A DNA stretch of 64,000 bases, taken from positions 244 to 64,243 of the forward strand of contig JADGNV010000098.1 in the NCBI GenBank assembly GCA_017883285.1, read 5' to 3'. Below are positions 26,311 to 34,685 of this stretch, piece by piece. Numbering within the stretch: the first letter of the stretch is position 1; every line of letters begins with the position of its first letter. A model generated the notes under the pieces. It was not told the DNA's origin, ran no database searches, and saw nothing but the letters and a program-made list of their open reading frames with translations. The stretch is from Candidatus Aminicenantes bacterium. Its GTDB lineage: Bacteria; Acidobacteriota; Aminicenantia; Aminicenantales; UBA4085. Position numbers and translations under genes: made by a program.

Positions 26311-28227
26311 TCACTTCGGGCCGTATTTCAGCCCTTTGACATTCGTCTTGATCCTGTAGATCTTATCGTAGCTGACCATGAACAGCGTCTTCATATCGTC
26401 GCCGCCGAAGCAGCAGCTCACCGGGTAGGTGGGCGTGTTGATGATCCCCAAAAATTCTCCCTTGGAGTTGAACACCTGGACGCCCATGTAGGTCGCCACG
26501 TAGAGGCCGCCGTTCTCGTCGATCGCCATCCCGTCGGCGCCGCTCGACCGGCCCTTTCGGTCCGCCACTTCCGGCGTGAGGACGAGCCGGGCGAATTGCC
26601 GTCCGTTCCGGACGGTCCCGTCGTCGTTGACGTCGTAGGCCCAGACCCCATTGTCCTTATCGCTGTTCACGTTCCAGAACGACTCGTTGTCGTAGGTGTT
26701 GTTGATGAAGAGCGTTGTCCCGTCGGGGCTGAGGAAGAGGCCGTTGGGCATGGCGAAATCGTCGGGCGGGATGATGCGGATGAGCTTCCCCCGGGGGGAG
26801 AGGTAATAGACCGATCGGCCCGGCTGAAACTTCTTGGCCTCGGGCGTGAACTGCGGATCGGTGAAATAGATCCCGCCCTTGGCGTCCGTGACCAAGTCGT
26901 TGGGGCCGTCGATGGGCTTGCCCTCGAAGGAGGCGGCCAGGGTCTTCACGATCCGGCCCTTGGTCGTCATCTCGATGACTCGATGCCCGAACATGTCGCA
27001 GACGGCCAGGTTGCCGTTCCCGAGCGGCATCAGCCCGTTGGTCTGCAGACCCGTGGCGATATAGCGATAGGTCCCGTCCGGGTCGACCTCGACCGTCGCG
27101 CTTTTTTTCGGATCGCCGTTCCATTTCTGGTCGAAGAACATGCTCGAAAGATAGAGCTTCCCGTTGAGCCACTTCGGCCCCTCGGTGAAGGTCAGGCCCG
27201 GCCCTTTTTTGGCGCCGTCTACGAACACCTCGACTTTGGCTTCGGCCGGGATGACGGCCTGAAAGGCGGCCTCTCGGTCGAGCTTCTTGGCCATGTAGTC
27301 CGGCCTGGGAGGGAAGAACACATCCAAAACGTCGCACCCCCTGTCGCCGACCTTGCCGCCGTGGACCATGGGGGCGGGCAGGTAGAGGAGATCGCCCATC
27401 TTCATGGGGGCCGAGCCGTCGAGGATGAGCTCGGCCATCGAGCCGCGCAGGACGCACATCAGCTGTTCCTCGGGATGGAGGTGGGCGGCGAACTCCATGC
27501 CCGGGTCCATCCGCAGAAAGCTCAACTGGGCGCCGTGGCCGCCGATCAGGCGGGAGTTGGCGCCGGGTTGGAGCTCGGTGAATTGAACGTCGTTGAGGTC
27601 ATAGACGATTCCCGGCGCAACGGTCGGGGCGATCGGGAATTTCGGGACGGGAATATCCGCCGGAACTTTTTGAGCTCCCGCTTTGGCCAGATAATCGGCC
27701 CTCGGCGGCCAATAGACTTCGACGATCTCCGCGCCCCCCGCGCCGGCCTGGATACCGTTCTCCGCACCCTTTTCGAGCAGGACGAATTCGTTTTTCGGCA
27801 TCCGGCCGTGAAGGCCGTCGGGTTCGTCCCGGGGAACGGCCCGCATCGTCACATATTTCCCCTCGAGCCGCTGCCCGATCGCCCCTTTCATGACGACCAT
27901 GATGCGCTCGGCGGGGAGCGTTTCAAGGGGGATCGCCGCCCCCGGGGCGAGCGTCAGCCAGGCGGCGAGGTTGCCCGGGCCCCAGTACATCCGCGCTTTG
28001 ACGCCCGGCGCCAGCTCGGTCTCGGGAAGCGACGAGACCGGCGTCACCTTGCCGTCGGCAAGGTTGGATTTCAGCTTGCTCGCGGGAATGTCGTTGCGCG
28101 TTCGGACGGTCAGATTCTGATCGGCGATGAGTTTTGCATTTTTGGACGCCCATTCCGGCTTTTGGGCGCATGCGGTGAGCAAAGAAAGGGCGCCGATCGC
28201 GATGAGGATCCTGCGTGAAGAGATCAT
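26311..28227 (-). CDS. Lipoprotein: cupin repeats + SMP-30/gluconolactonase/LRE-like beta-propeller
   Basis: 638 aa. It has the lipobox LLTAC, the cupin motif HLHPEEQL...GDLLYLP, and C-terminal PNDLVTDAKGGIYFTDP...PNGLFLSPDG...GADGMAIDENG. Confidence 0.8.
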   Translation of the reverse strand: MISSRRILIAIGALSLLTACAQKPEWASKNAKLIADQNLTVRTRNDIPASKLKSNLADGKVTPVSSLPETELAPGVKARMYWGPGNLAAWLTLAPGAAIPLETLPAERIMVVMKGAIGQRLEGKYVTMRAVPRDEPDGLHGRMPKNEFVLLEKGAENGIQAGAGGAEIVEVYWPPRADYLAKAGAQKVPADIPVPKFPIAPTVAPGIVYDLNDVQFTELQPGANSRLIGGHGAQLSFLRMDPGMEFAAHLHPEEQLMCVLRGSMAELILDGSAPMKMGDLLYLPAPMVHGGKVGDRGCDVLDVFFPPRPDYMAKKLDREAAFQAVIPAEAKVEVFVDGAKKGPGLTFTEGPKWLNGKLYLSSMFFDQKWNGDPKKSATVEVDPDGTYRYIATGLQTNGLMPLGNGNLAVCDMFGHRVIEMTTKGRIVKTLAASFEGKPIDGPNDLVTDAKGGIYFTDPQFTPEAKKFQPGRSVYYLSPRGKLIRIIPPDDFAMPNGLFLSPDGTTLFINNTYDNESFWNVNSDKDNGVWAYDVNDDGTVRNGRQFARLVLTPEVADRKGRSSGADGMAIDENGGLYVATYMGVQVFNSKGEFLGIINTPTYPVSCCFGGDDMKTLFMVSYDKIYRIKTNVKGLKYGPK

Positions 28228-28237
28228 GGCTCCCCCT

Positions 28238-29146
28238 TTATTTCGTCCCGGCGTGGTCGTGGCGATTGCCCATGTACAGCCAGAGCAAGGGTTCGTCCGT
28301 GGCGTTGATCGAGCTGTGCGGAACCTTGTTGTTCGGCGGGACGAGAAACGCCTCGCCCGGCTCCTGCCGCAGCAGCCGGTTGCCGAACAGCAGCAGGCTG
28401 CTGCCCTTGAGCTGGCACCAGATCTCCTCGCAGCCGGGACCGTGGACGTGCGGCTGGGCGATGTCGAAATTGTCGATCGAGACGATGGCGAAGCCCATCG
28501 GATTGGCGAATTTGGGCGGCGTATCCCAGGCGAACCCGCGCCCGATGTGGGCCCAGTGCATCCCGACGCTAGGGATGGAATCGTGATAATCGCCGACGGA
28601 CATCCGCCGGTTCGGGACGAAGCCGGGGGGGGCCGTTTCGACGACCATGATCGTCTCCAGATGACTCCCGCCGGAGTTGAAGAAGCGGAACTCGAACCCG
28701 GCCGGGATAAAGACGGCCCAGCCGTCCTCGATTCGAACCGACTGTCCGCCCCCCTCGACCCGCCCGGCTCCTCCGCAGACCAGGACGAAGACCTGCTCGG
28801 CGTCGCTTTTGAATGCTTTCGTGCTGGAGTGCGGCTCGAGTGCGGCCCGCTTGTAGGCCTTGATATATTTCAGCACGGCCCCCTTCTTCGGCGGATGGAG
28901 CGGATCGCCGGGCGTCAGGATATCGCGCTCGATAAACCCGCCGTGCCCCTCATAGGGAATCGAGTTCCGCCAGTGGTTGATGTAGAGGAAGACGTCAGTG
29001 TCGACGTCCGGATGGCGGCGGTTGGAGGCGGCGTCCTCGGCGAAGGACGGGTCGGGCTCCACGGTGATCTTAGTTTGGACCTGATCGAAGGCGAGCGCCA
29101 GCACGGCCAGGGCCGCCCCCGCCAGAATCGGAATGATCTTTTTCAT
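28238..29146 (-). CDS. Secreted cupin-domain protein
   Basis: 302 aa with a signal peptide (MKKIIPILAGAALAVLALA) and the cupin-like segment HVHGPGCEEIW...GEAFLVPP. Confidence 0.7.
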   Translation of the reverse strand: MKKIIPILAGAALAVLALAFDQVQTKITVEPDPSFAEDAASNRRHPDVDTDVFLYINHWRNSIPYEGHGGFIERDILTPGDPLHPPKKGAVLKYIKAYKRAALEPHSSTKAFKSDAEQVFVLVCGGAGRVEGGGQSVRIEDGWAVFIPAGFEFRFFNSGGSHLETIMVVETAPPGFVPNRRMSVGDYHDSIPSVGMHWAHIGRGFAWDTPPKFANPMGFAIVSIDNFDIAQPHVHGPGCEEIWCQLKGSSLLLFGNRLLRQEPGEAFLVPPNNKVPHSSINATDEPLLWLYMGNRHDHAGTK

Positions 29147-29421
29147 GACGACTCCTCGGGGACGTAGGCATCCGCCCGGTGCACCCTATCGAATTTAGCG
29201 TTTTTCCGTCGCGTAGCGAGCGGTCGCTCCGGGCGTTGATGCCCTCATCCCAATCATGCCGGGATGATATCCCGAGGGCACGGTGGTGTCAATCGAGGTC
29301 CTCAGCGCCTGCATCGTGTCCTTTTCGGCCGCCGCGATCCGGGAGCGACCCGGGGGCTTCGATCACCGGCGCCGGGCAAGGACAATCTGATCCGCTCCGT
29401 CATCGGCCCCCCACAATTTCC

Positions 29422-29450
29422 TTGACTTCCCGGACGATGAGTGCTATTTT
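29422..29450 (+). promoter_or_regulatory. Sigma70-like promoter of the metK leader
   Basis: TTGACT (29422-29427), 17-nt spacer, TATTTT (29445-29450). Confidence 0.45.
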
Positions 29451-29560
29451 TTATGCTTCCGGGGCGCCCTTGACCCAGGGAAAAGTTCTTTGGACAATCG
29501 AACGCGGGACTGATTTGAGGTCGATTGCAGCCGCGAAAAACAAGGTGCTAAAAAACCGGT

Positions 29561-29597
29561 AGCCTGAGCTAGAAAGGATTTAGCCCAGGCTTTTTTT
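29561..29597 (+). terminator. Leader terminator hairpin 1
   Basis: AGCCTGAGCTA-gaaaggatt-TAGCCCAGGCT (1 mismatch), followed by TTTTTTT. Confidence 0.55.
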
Positions 29598-29623
29598 GTC
29601 TCCTCAAGACAAGGAAATTTCTA

Positions 29624-29656
29624 AGCCCGGCCCTATATAGCGCCGGGCTTTTTTTT
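29624..29656 (+). terminator. Leader terminator hairpin 2, immediately upstream of the metK RBS
   Basis: AGCCCGGC-cctatatagc-GCCGGGCT, followed by TTTTTTTT. Confidence 0.6.
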
Positions 29657-29690
29657 GAGTTCGATCCGAAACGAAAGGAGGTTTCGAGAG

Positions 29691-30854
29691 ATGGAAAAAG
29701 ATTTTCTGTTCACTTCGGAGTCCGTGTCCGAAGGCCATCCCGACAAGATGGCCGATCAGGTGTCGGATGCGGTCCTGGACGCGATCTTCAAGCAGGACCC
29801 TTATGGCCGGGTGGCGTGCGAGACGCTGCTCACGGAGAATAAAGCCATCGTGGCGGGGGAGATCGGCACACGCAGCGACGTCAAAATCCCGGTCGAAGAG
29901 ATCGTCCGCGAGACAGCCAAGCAGATCGGCTACTGCGACGCGGCCTGTGGATTCGACTACAAGACGTGCGAGATCGAGAACCTGCTCCACAAGCAGTCGG
30001 CCAACATCGCCGACGCCGTCGTCAAGAAAGACGGCGAGATCGGCGCGGGCGACCAGGGCCTGATGTTCGGCTACGCCTGCAACGAGACGCCCGAGCTCAT
30101 GCCCCTCCCGATCATGCTCGCCCACCGTCTGCTCGAGAAGCTGGCCGAAGTCCGGAAGGCCGGCCAAATCCCCTGGCTCCTGCCCGACGCCAAGTCCCAG
30201 GTCTCCATCCGCTACGTCGGCCACCGGCCCGTGGCCGTGGAGCGCGTCGTGCTCTCCACGCAGCACTCCAAGGGCATCGCCCATGACGAGATCGAGGACC
30301 TGGTCAAGCGCTACGTCATTGACCCCGTTCTCCCGTTGAACCTGATCGCCAAGAACATCGCTTACCTCATCAACCCCTCGGGCAATTTCTACATCGGCGG
30401 CCCGCTCGGCGATACCGGCCTCACCGGCCGCAAGATCATCGTCGACACCTACGGCGGCAGCTGCCCCCACGGCGGCGGCGCCTTCTCCGGGAAAGACCCC
30501 ACGAAGGTCGACCGCTCGGCCGCCTATGCGGCCCGCTACATCGCCAAGAACATCGTGGCCGCCGGACTGGCCGAACGCTGTACCGTCCAGCTCTCCTACG
30601 CCATCGGCGTCGTCGAACCCACGTCCTTGATGATTAATCTCCATGGCGACCGCAAGGTAGAGGAGCATGCGGCGGAGAACGCGGTGCGCGAGATCTTCAA
30701 GGTCACGCCCAAGGGCATGATCGACATGCTCGATCTGCGCCGCCCGATCTACCAGAAGACGGCTTCCTACGGCCACTTCGGCCGCGAGCTCCCCGAGTTC
30801 ACCTGGGAACGGACGGACAAGGCCGCCGAGCTGAAGAAATACTTCGGGCTGTAA
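29691..30854 (+). CDS. metK: S-adenosylmethionine synthetase
   Basis: It has [34 protein letters not shown] and [16 protein letters not shown]. The start is the ATG with AAAGGAGG 9 nt upstream; the track start 29655 is a TTG inside terminator 2. Confidence 0.97.
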   Translation: MEKDFLFTSESVSEGHPDKMADQVSDAVLDAIFKQDPYGRVACETLLTENKAIVAGEIGTRSDVKIPVEEIVRETAKQIGYCDAACGFDYKTCEIENLLHKQSANIADAVVKKDGEIGAGDQGLMFGYACNETPELMPLPIMLAHRLLEKLAEVRKAGQIPWLLPDAKSQVSIRYVGHRPVAVERVVLSTQHSKGIAHDEIEDLVKRYVIDPVLPLNLIAKNIAYLINPSGNFYIGGPLGDTGLTGRKIIVDTYGGSCPHGGGAFSGKDPTKVDRSAAYAARYIAKNIVAAGLAERCTVQLSYAIGVVEPTSLMINLHGDRKVEEHAAENAVREIFKVTPKGMIDMLDLRRPIYQKTASYGHFGRELPEFTWERTDKAAELKKYFGL

Positions 30855-30946
30855 ACGGCCTGGCGGGGAGGGCGACCGGGGTCGCCCCGCTCCGCTTGTT
30901 TTTCCCCCGACTTTCCGATACATTCCTTTTCAAGGAGAACCCCCCC

Positions 30947-31333
30947 ATGGAAAAATTCGAATATACCGTCGAGACGGAAAAGACTTTCGACGAAGCCGTG
31001 GCTTCGGTCGAGACCGCATCCAAAGACAGGGGCTTCGGCGTCCTCCATATCCACGACGTGAAGGCGACGCTGGCCGCCAAGGGCTTCGAGCGCAACCCGC
31101 TGAAGATCATCGAGATCTGCAGCGCCCGCTTCGCCCACGACGCCCTGGCCAAGGACATCCGCGTCGGCCTGATGCTGCCCTGCCGCATCACGGTCTACAC
31201 CCACGGGAGCAAGTGCTTCATCAGCGCCTTCCGGCCGGTCGTGATCAAGGACCTCCTCCCGGAGGCGGGGCTCGAACGCCTGGCGGACGAGGTGGACGGG
31301 ATCATCTGCGGCATCGTCGACAAGGCGAAGTAA
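30947..31333 (+). CDS. DUF302-domain protein
   Basis: The start is at MEKFEYTV with AAGGAG upstream. It has FGVLHIHDVKATLAAKGF...LPCRITVY. Confidence 0.75.
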   Translation: MEKFEYTVETEKTFDEAVASVETASKDRGFGVLHIHDVKATLAAKGFERNPLKIIEICSARFAHDALAKDIRVGLMLPCRITVYTHGSKCFISAFRPVVIKDLLPEAGLERLADEVDGIICGIVDKAK

Positions 31334-31350
31334 AGATCCTCGACCCGACG

Positions 31351-32562
31351 ATGACGGACCTCAAGCCTACCTATTTCGCCGCCGAGCTCGACAGCCTCGC
31401 GGCCGAGGCGAATAAAAAAATCGGGGGGCTGCGGTCGCGGGTTTTGCGCAAGGCCCACGGCGCGCTCCCGTACGATTACATCGTCCCGAACGGCGTGTAC
31501 GAAGAGCAGTGGGACTGGGACGCGTTCTTCGTCGGCCTGCATCTCATATCGGTCGATCGGGCCGACGGGATCTATCTCCGGAACTGGTGCCTCAACTTTC
31601 TGCACCACACCGAGCCCGACGGCCAGACGCCGGGCGGGATCCGGCCCTGGGCCGGCCGCGACGCACGCCTCTATCACATCAAGCCGCTCATGGGCCAGGC
31701 CGCGTTCTACGCCTCGCTCGCCCTCGGCGATTTCGGCTGGATCGCCCCGGTCTGGGACAAGATGGCGTCCTGCGTCACGTATCGCGAGCGGAAGATGAGC
31801 GACCCCGCCACCGGTCTGGTCAAGTGGTGGGACGGCCTGGAATCGGGCGCCGACAACAACGCGGCCCTCGTCCGGCGGTATCACAACAGCATGGCCGCCG
31901 CGGACGTCAACGCCTTCATGGTGCTGGATTACCGGGCGATGGTGGAAGTCGCGGAGCGGCTGGGGAAGGGGAGCGAGGCGGACGAGTTTCGGGAACGAGC
32001 GCGGCGCCTTGCCCTGGCGATCGACGCCCACCTCTGGGACGCCGCGGCCGAAGCCTATTCGGACTACGATGCCGTCGAGAAAACACTCGCCCGCCTCATC
32101 ACTTACAGCGATCTCGTTCCGCTCTGGGCGGGCCTGGCCTCGCCCGCGCGGGCCAAGGCGATGATCGAACGCCACGTCCTCGAGCCCCGAGAGCTCTGGG
32201 CGCCGCACGGCATCCGCTCGCTCGCGGCCGACGATCCTGCCTACAACAACGAAAACGTCCTGAAGCCGTATTCGAATTGGCAGGGGCCCATCTGGCCGCA
32301 CACCAATTGGATGTTCATGCACGCCCTCCTGCGTTACGGCTATCGCGAAGCGGCGCTGGACGTGGCCGTGCGGGTCACGCGCGTTTGCCTGGACGATCTA
32401 GCCCGGAACGGAATGATGCACGAGAATTACCATGCCGAGACGGGTGCGCCGCTCGCCGCGCCGGACTTCATCAGCTGGAACCTGCTCGTCGCCCAGATGA
32501 TCGACGAGGCGCGGACCGGGGCGTTCCTGCCGGATCCGGCGCGGACGCTGTGGAAGACATAG
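31351..32562 (+). CDS. (alpha/alpha)6-barrel glycoside hydrolase, trehalase/GH63-like
   Basis: 403 aa from MTDLKPTY. It has WDWDAFF, GLESGADN, NWQGPIWP..NWM and HENYHAETG. Confidence 0.7.
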   Translation: MTDLKPTYFAAELDSLAAEANKKIGGLRSRVLRKAHGALPYDYIVPNGVYEEQWDWDAFFVGLHLISVDRADGIYLRNWCLNFLHHTEPDGQTPGGIRPWAGRDARLYHIKPLMGQAAFYASLALGDFGWIAPVWDKMASCVTYRERKMSDPATGLVKWWDGLESGADNNAALVRRYHNSMAAADVNAFMVLDYRAMVEVAERLGKGSEADEFRERARRLALAIDAHLWDAAAEAYSDYDAVEKTLARLITYSDLVPLWAGLASPARAKAMIERHVLEPRELWAPHGIRSLAADDPAYNNENVLKPYSNWQGPIWPHTNWMFMHALLRYGYREAALDVAVRVTRVCLDDLARNGMMHENYHAETGAPLAAPDFISWNLLVAQMIDEARTGAFLPDPARTLWKT

Positions 32563-32574
32563 AGGAGACGCTCA

Positions 32575-32705
32575 GTCCGGCACTGAGGTCGGCCCCGGCC
32601 CTCTGGGGAACCAGTCCCGTCGGTTCCCCCCGCCCTAAGCCTTTTAGGTTTAGGGCGGGGCCCCCCTCCGCTATGAGGGCCTTGGGCCGACCCCAGTGCC
32701 GGACG
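32575..32705. repeat. GC-rich nested-hairpin intergenic element, copy B (inverted relative to copy A)
   Basis: The outer stem is GTCCGGCACTGAGGTCGGCCC ... GGGCCGACCCCAGTGCCGGAC. The inner block ggggaaccagtcccgtcggttcccccc is the exact reverse complement (27/27) of copy A 17030-17056. The block cccctccgctatgagggccttgggccg matches copy A 16981-17008 with 1 substitution and 1 indel. The central hairpin gccctaagcc-tttt-aggtttagggc differs in sequence from copy A but is still a hairpin. Confidence 0.7.
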
Positions 32706-32857
32706 CGCGCCGGTCGGAACGGCTCATCACTTCCGAAATATCGGTCACCGATATTCAGGTTTGCGCTTGACACCGGTCTACGGCCGCGAATAACATCATT
32801 TCGCGTCATGAGACATCCATCCCCATTTTCCCGAACACAAATCCAAGGAGGACCGAC

Positions 32858-34228
32858 ATGAGTTCAACGAATTGGAGCCGGCGGGCGTTTCTGCGCGCGG
32901 GCGGCGGCGCCCTCGGAGCGGCCGCGTTCGCGTTCAAGGCCGACGCCCTCGAAAGGGTTATGGCCGCGTCCCAGACGGTCGCGAACCGGACCCCGGAAGA
33001 GGTCGCGAAGGACGAGTTCTACTGGCGGGAGATCCAGCTGGCTTTCAAGTTGGACCGGACGCTGATTAACCTCAACAACGGCTTCACCTCGCCGTGCGCC
33101 CGGGTCGTGCTCGAGTCGGAATTCCGCTACATGGACATGATCAACATGCTGCCCGTCCATTACCAGGGCATGGTCGCCTCGAACGCCGCGTCGCTCCGCA
33201 TGAAGATGGCGGCCGAGTTCGGCTGCGACCCCGAGGAAATCGCCTTGACGCGAGGCGCGAGCGAAGCCCTGCAGATCGCCCAGAACGGGATCGATCTCAA
33301 GCCCGGCGACGAGGTCGTCACCACCGAGCAGGATTACCCGCGCATGCTGACGACCTGGGACCAGCGCCTGCGGCGCGAAGGCATCAAGGTGACGCGCTTC
33401 CAGTTCCCCGTTCCGACGACGGGGGAGGACCTCTACCGGCGGTTCGAAAAGGCCATCAGCCCGAAGACGAAGGTTTTCCATTTCTGCCATACGACCAATC
33501 TGACGGCCCAGCTGTTCCCGGTGCAGAGGCTGTCGCGCCTGGCCCGCTCGAAGGGGATCGTGACGATCGTCGACGGCGCGCACGCGCTGGGGCAGTTCCC
33601 GTTCAAGTTGCGGGACCTCGAATGCGACGCCTACGGTGTCAGCCTGCACAAGTGGCTGATGGCCCCGATCGGCAACGGCCTCCTGTACATCCGCAAGGAG
33701 ATGATCCCAAAGTTCTGGCCGCTGCAGGCCGCGCCCGAGCAGCAGGACAACGACATCCGCAAATTCGAAGCGATCGGGACGCATCCGTGGGCCATTCGGG
33801 CCGCGCTCGGCGAGGCGCTGGCCTTCCATCAGGCCATCGGAGCCGAGCGCAAGGCGGCGCGGTTCCGCTACCTAACCCTCCGCTGGGCGAACGCGCTCAA
33901 GGTCCATCCGCGGATCAAGATCCTGTCGAACATCGGCGAGCCCGCGGAAGTCTGGGCGGTCGCGGCAGTCGCGATCGAGGGGATCGACGTCCGGTCGCTC
34001 CAAAAGTTCCTGATGGACAAATACCGGATCGTGTCGGTGTCGCTCGTCGGGGGCGCCCCGCCGAACTCGGTCTTCGATTATCAGGCCCTCCGAATTTCGC
34101 CGAACATCTACACGACGCTCGAGGAAATCGATACGTTCGTCACGGCCATGGAAGACGCGATGAAGAGCGGCGTCCCGACCGCCCCGGAGCCGACCCCCAG
34201 CGAAAGCATGCAGGAGGGCCAGGATTAG
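32858..34228 (+). CDS. Class V aminotransferase-fold PLP enzyme with Tat-type signal
   Basis: 456 aa with SRRAFLRAGGGALGAAAFA and the PLP-lysine context YGVSLHKWLMAP. Confidence 0.85.
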   Translation: MSSTNWSRRAFLRAGGGALGAAAFAFKADALERVMAASQTVANRTPEEVAKDEFYWREIQLAFKLDRTLINLNNGFTSPCARVVLESEFRYMDMINMLPVHYQGMVASNAASLRMKMAAEFGCDPEEIALTRGASEALQIAQNGIDLKPGDEVVTTEQDYPRMLTTWDQRLRREGIKVTRFQFPVPTTGEDLYRRFEKAISPKTKVFHFCHTTNLTAQLFPVQRLSRLARSKGIVTIVDGAHALGQFPFKLRDLECDAYGVSLHKWLMAPIGNGLLYIRKEMIPKFWPLQAAPEQQDNDIRKFEAIGTHPWAIRAALGEALAFHQAIGAERKAARFRYLTLRWANALKVHPRIKILSNIGEPAEVWAVAAVAIEGIDVRSLQKFLMDKYRIVSVSLVGGAPPNSVFDYQALRISPNIYTTLEEIDTFVTAMEDAMKSGVPTAPEPTPSESMQEGQD

Positions 34229-34258
34229 GCGGCGCGCACGGGACAAGGGAGGATCGAC

Positions 34259-34684
34259 ATGAAACGCTTGGCTTTGATCGTTACGGCGGCATTGGCCTTC
34301 GGACTCGTCGCGGGCGGGTCGGCGCTTTATGCCCAGGGCACGTTCAAGATCCCGTTCAAATTCGAAGCGGGGGGCAAGAAGCTCCCGGCGGGCGATTATG
34401 CGGTGGCCCTCAAAGGGGACGGACAGCTCGCCCTGAAGCAGGCGTCGACCGGCAACGAAGTCCTGATCCCGTTCACCCAGAGGCTGGACCCGCCGAACCC
34501 GGCCATCGAGGAGCCCCGCCTCGTCTTCGACATGGTGGGCAACTTCGAGCCGTCGTATACCGAATACGTGACGGACTATGTGCTGGCCGAATTCTGGCTG
34601 CCCGGGCAGAATGGATTCTTGATCCACTCCCTCAAGGGCGCGCACCAGAACCAGGTCGTCAAGGGCGAGATCGCGAAGAAATAA
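34259..34684 (+). CDS. Small secreted protein, unknown function
   Basis: 141 aa with the signal peptide MKRLALIVTAALAFGLVAGGSALYAQG. Composition is coding-like. Confidence 0.6.
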   Translation: MKRLALIVTAALAFGLVAGGSALYAQGTFKIPFKFEAGGKKLPAGDYAVALKGDGQLALKQASTGNEVLIPFTQRLDPPNPAIEEPRLVFDMVGNFEPSYTEYVTDYVLAEFWLPGQNGFLIHSLKGAHQNQVVKGEIAKK

Positions 34685-34685
34685 T

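Larger units (their letters stand above)
29455..29660 (+). promoter_or_regulatory. Structured ~200-nt metK leader; candidate SAM-responsive riboswitch or attenuator
   Basis: It contains the S-box-reminiscent strings GGGACUG, GCAGCC and AAGGUGCUAAA, the nested pairings AAUCGA...UCGAUU and CGCGG...CCGCG, and two terminator hairpins ahead of the metK RBS. It has not been matched to any covariance model. Confidence 0.35.

Noticed and set aside
25270-28218. 982-aa ORF on the plus strand
   Set aside because: It is antisense to three well-supported genes (DUF362, cupin-SGL). It is extremely rich in R/G/D/E/V, has no recognisable motifs, and looks like a stop-codon-poor antisense frame of high-GC coding DNA. 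The same reasoning applies to 51188..54502 (1104 aa), 38969..41083, 41149..42873, 36194..37975, 44956..46404, 60636..62393 and similar ORFs.
29179-29562. 127-aa track ORF upstream of metK
   Set aside because: It spans a predicted promoter and the structured leader, has odd composition, and has no RBS. I treat the region as non-coding regulatory.
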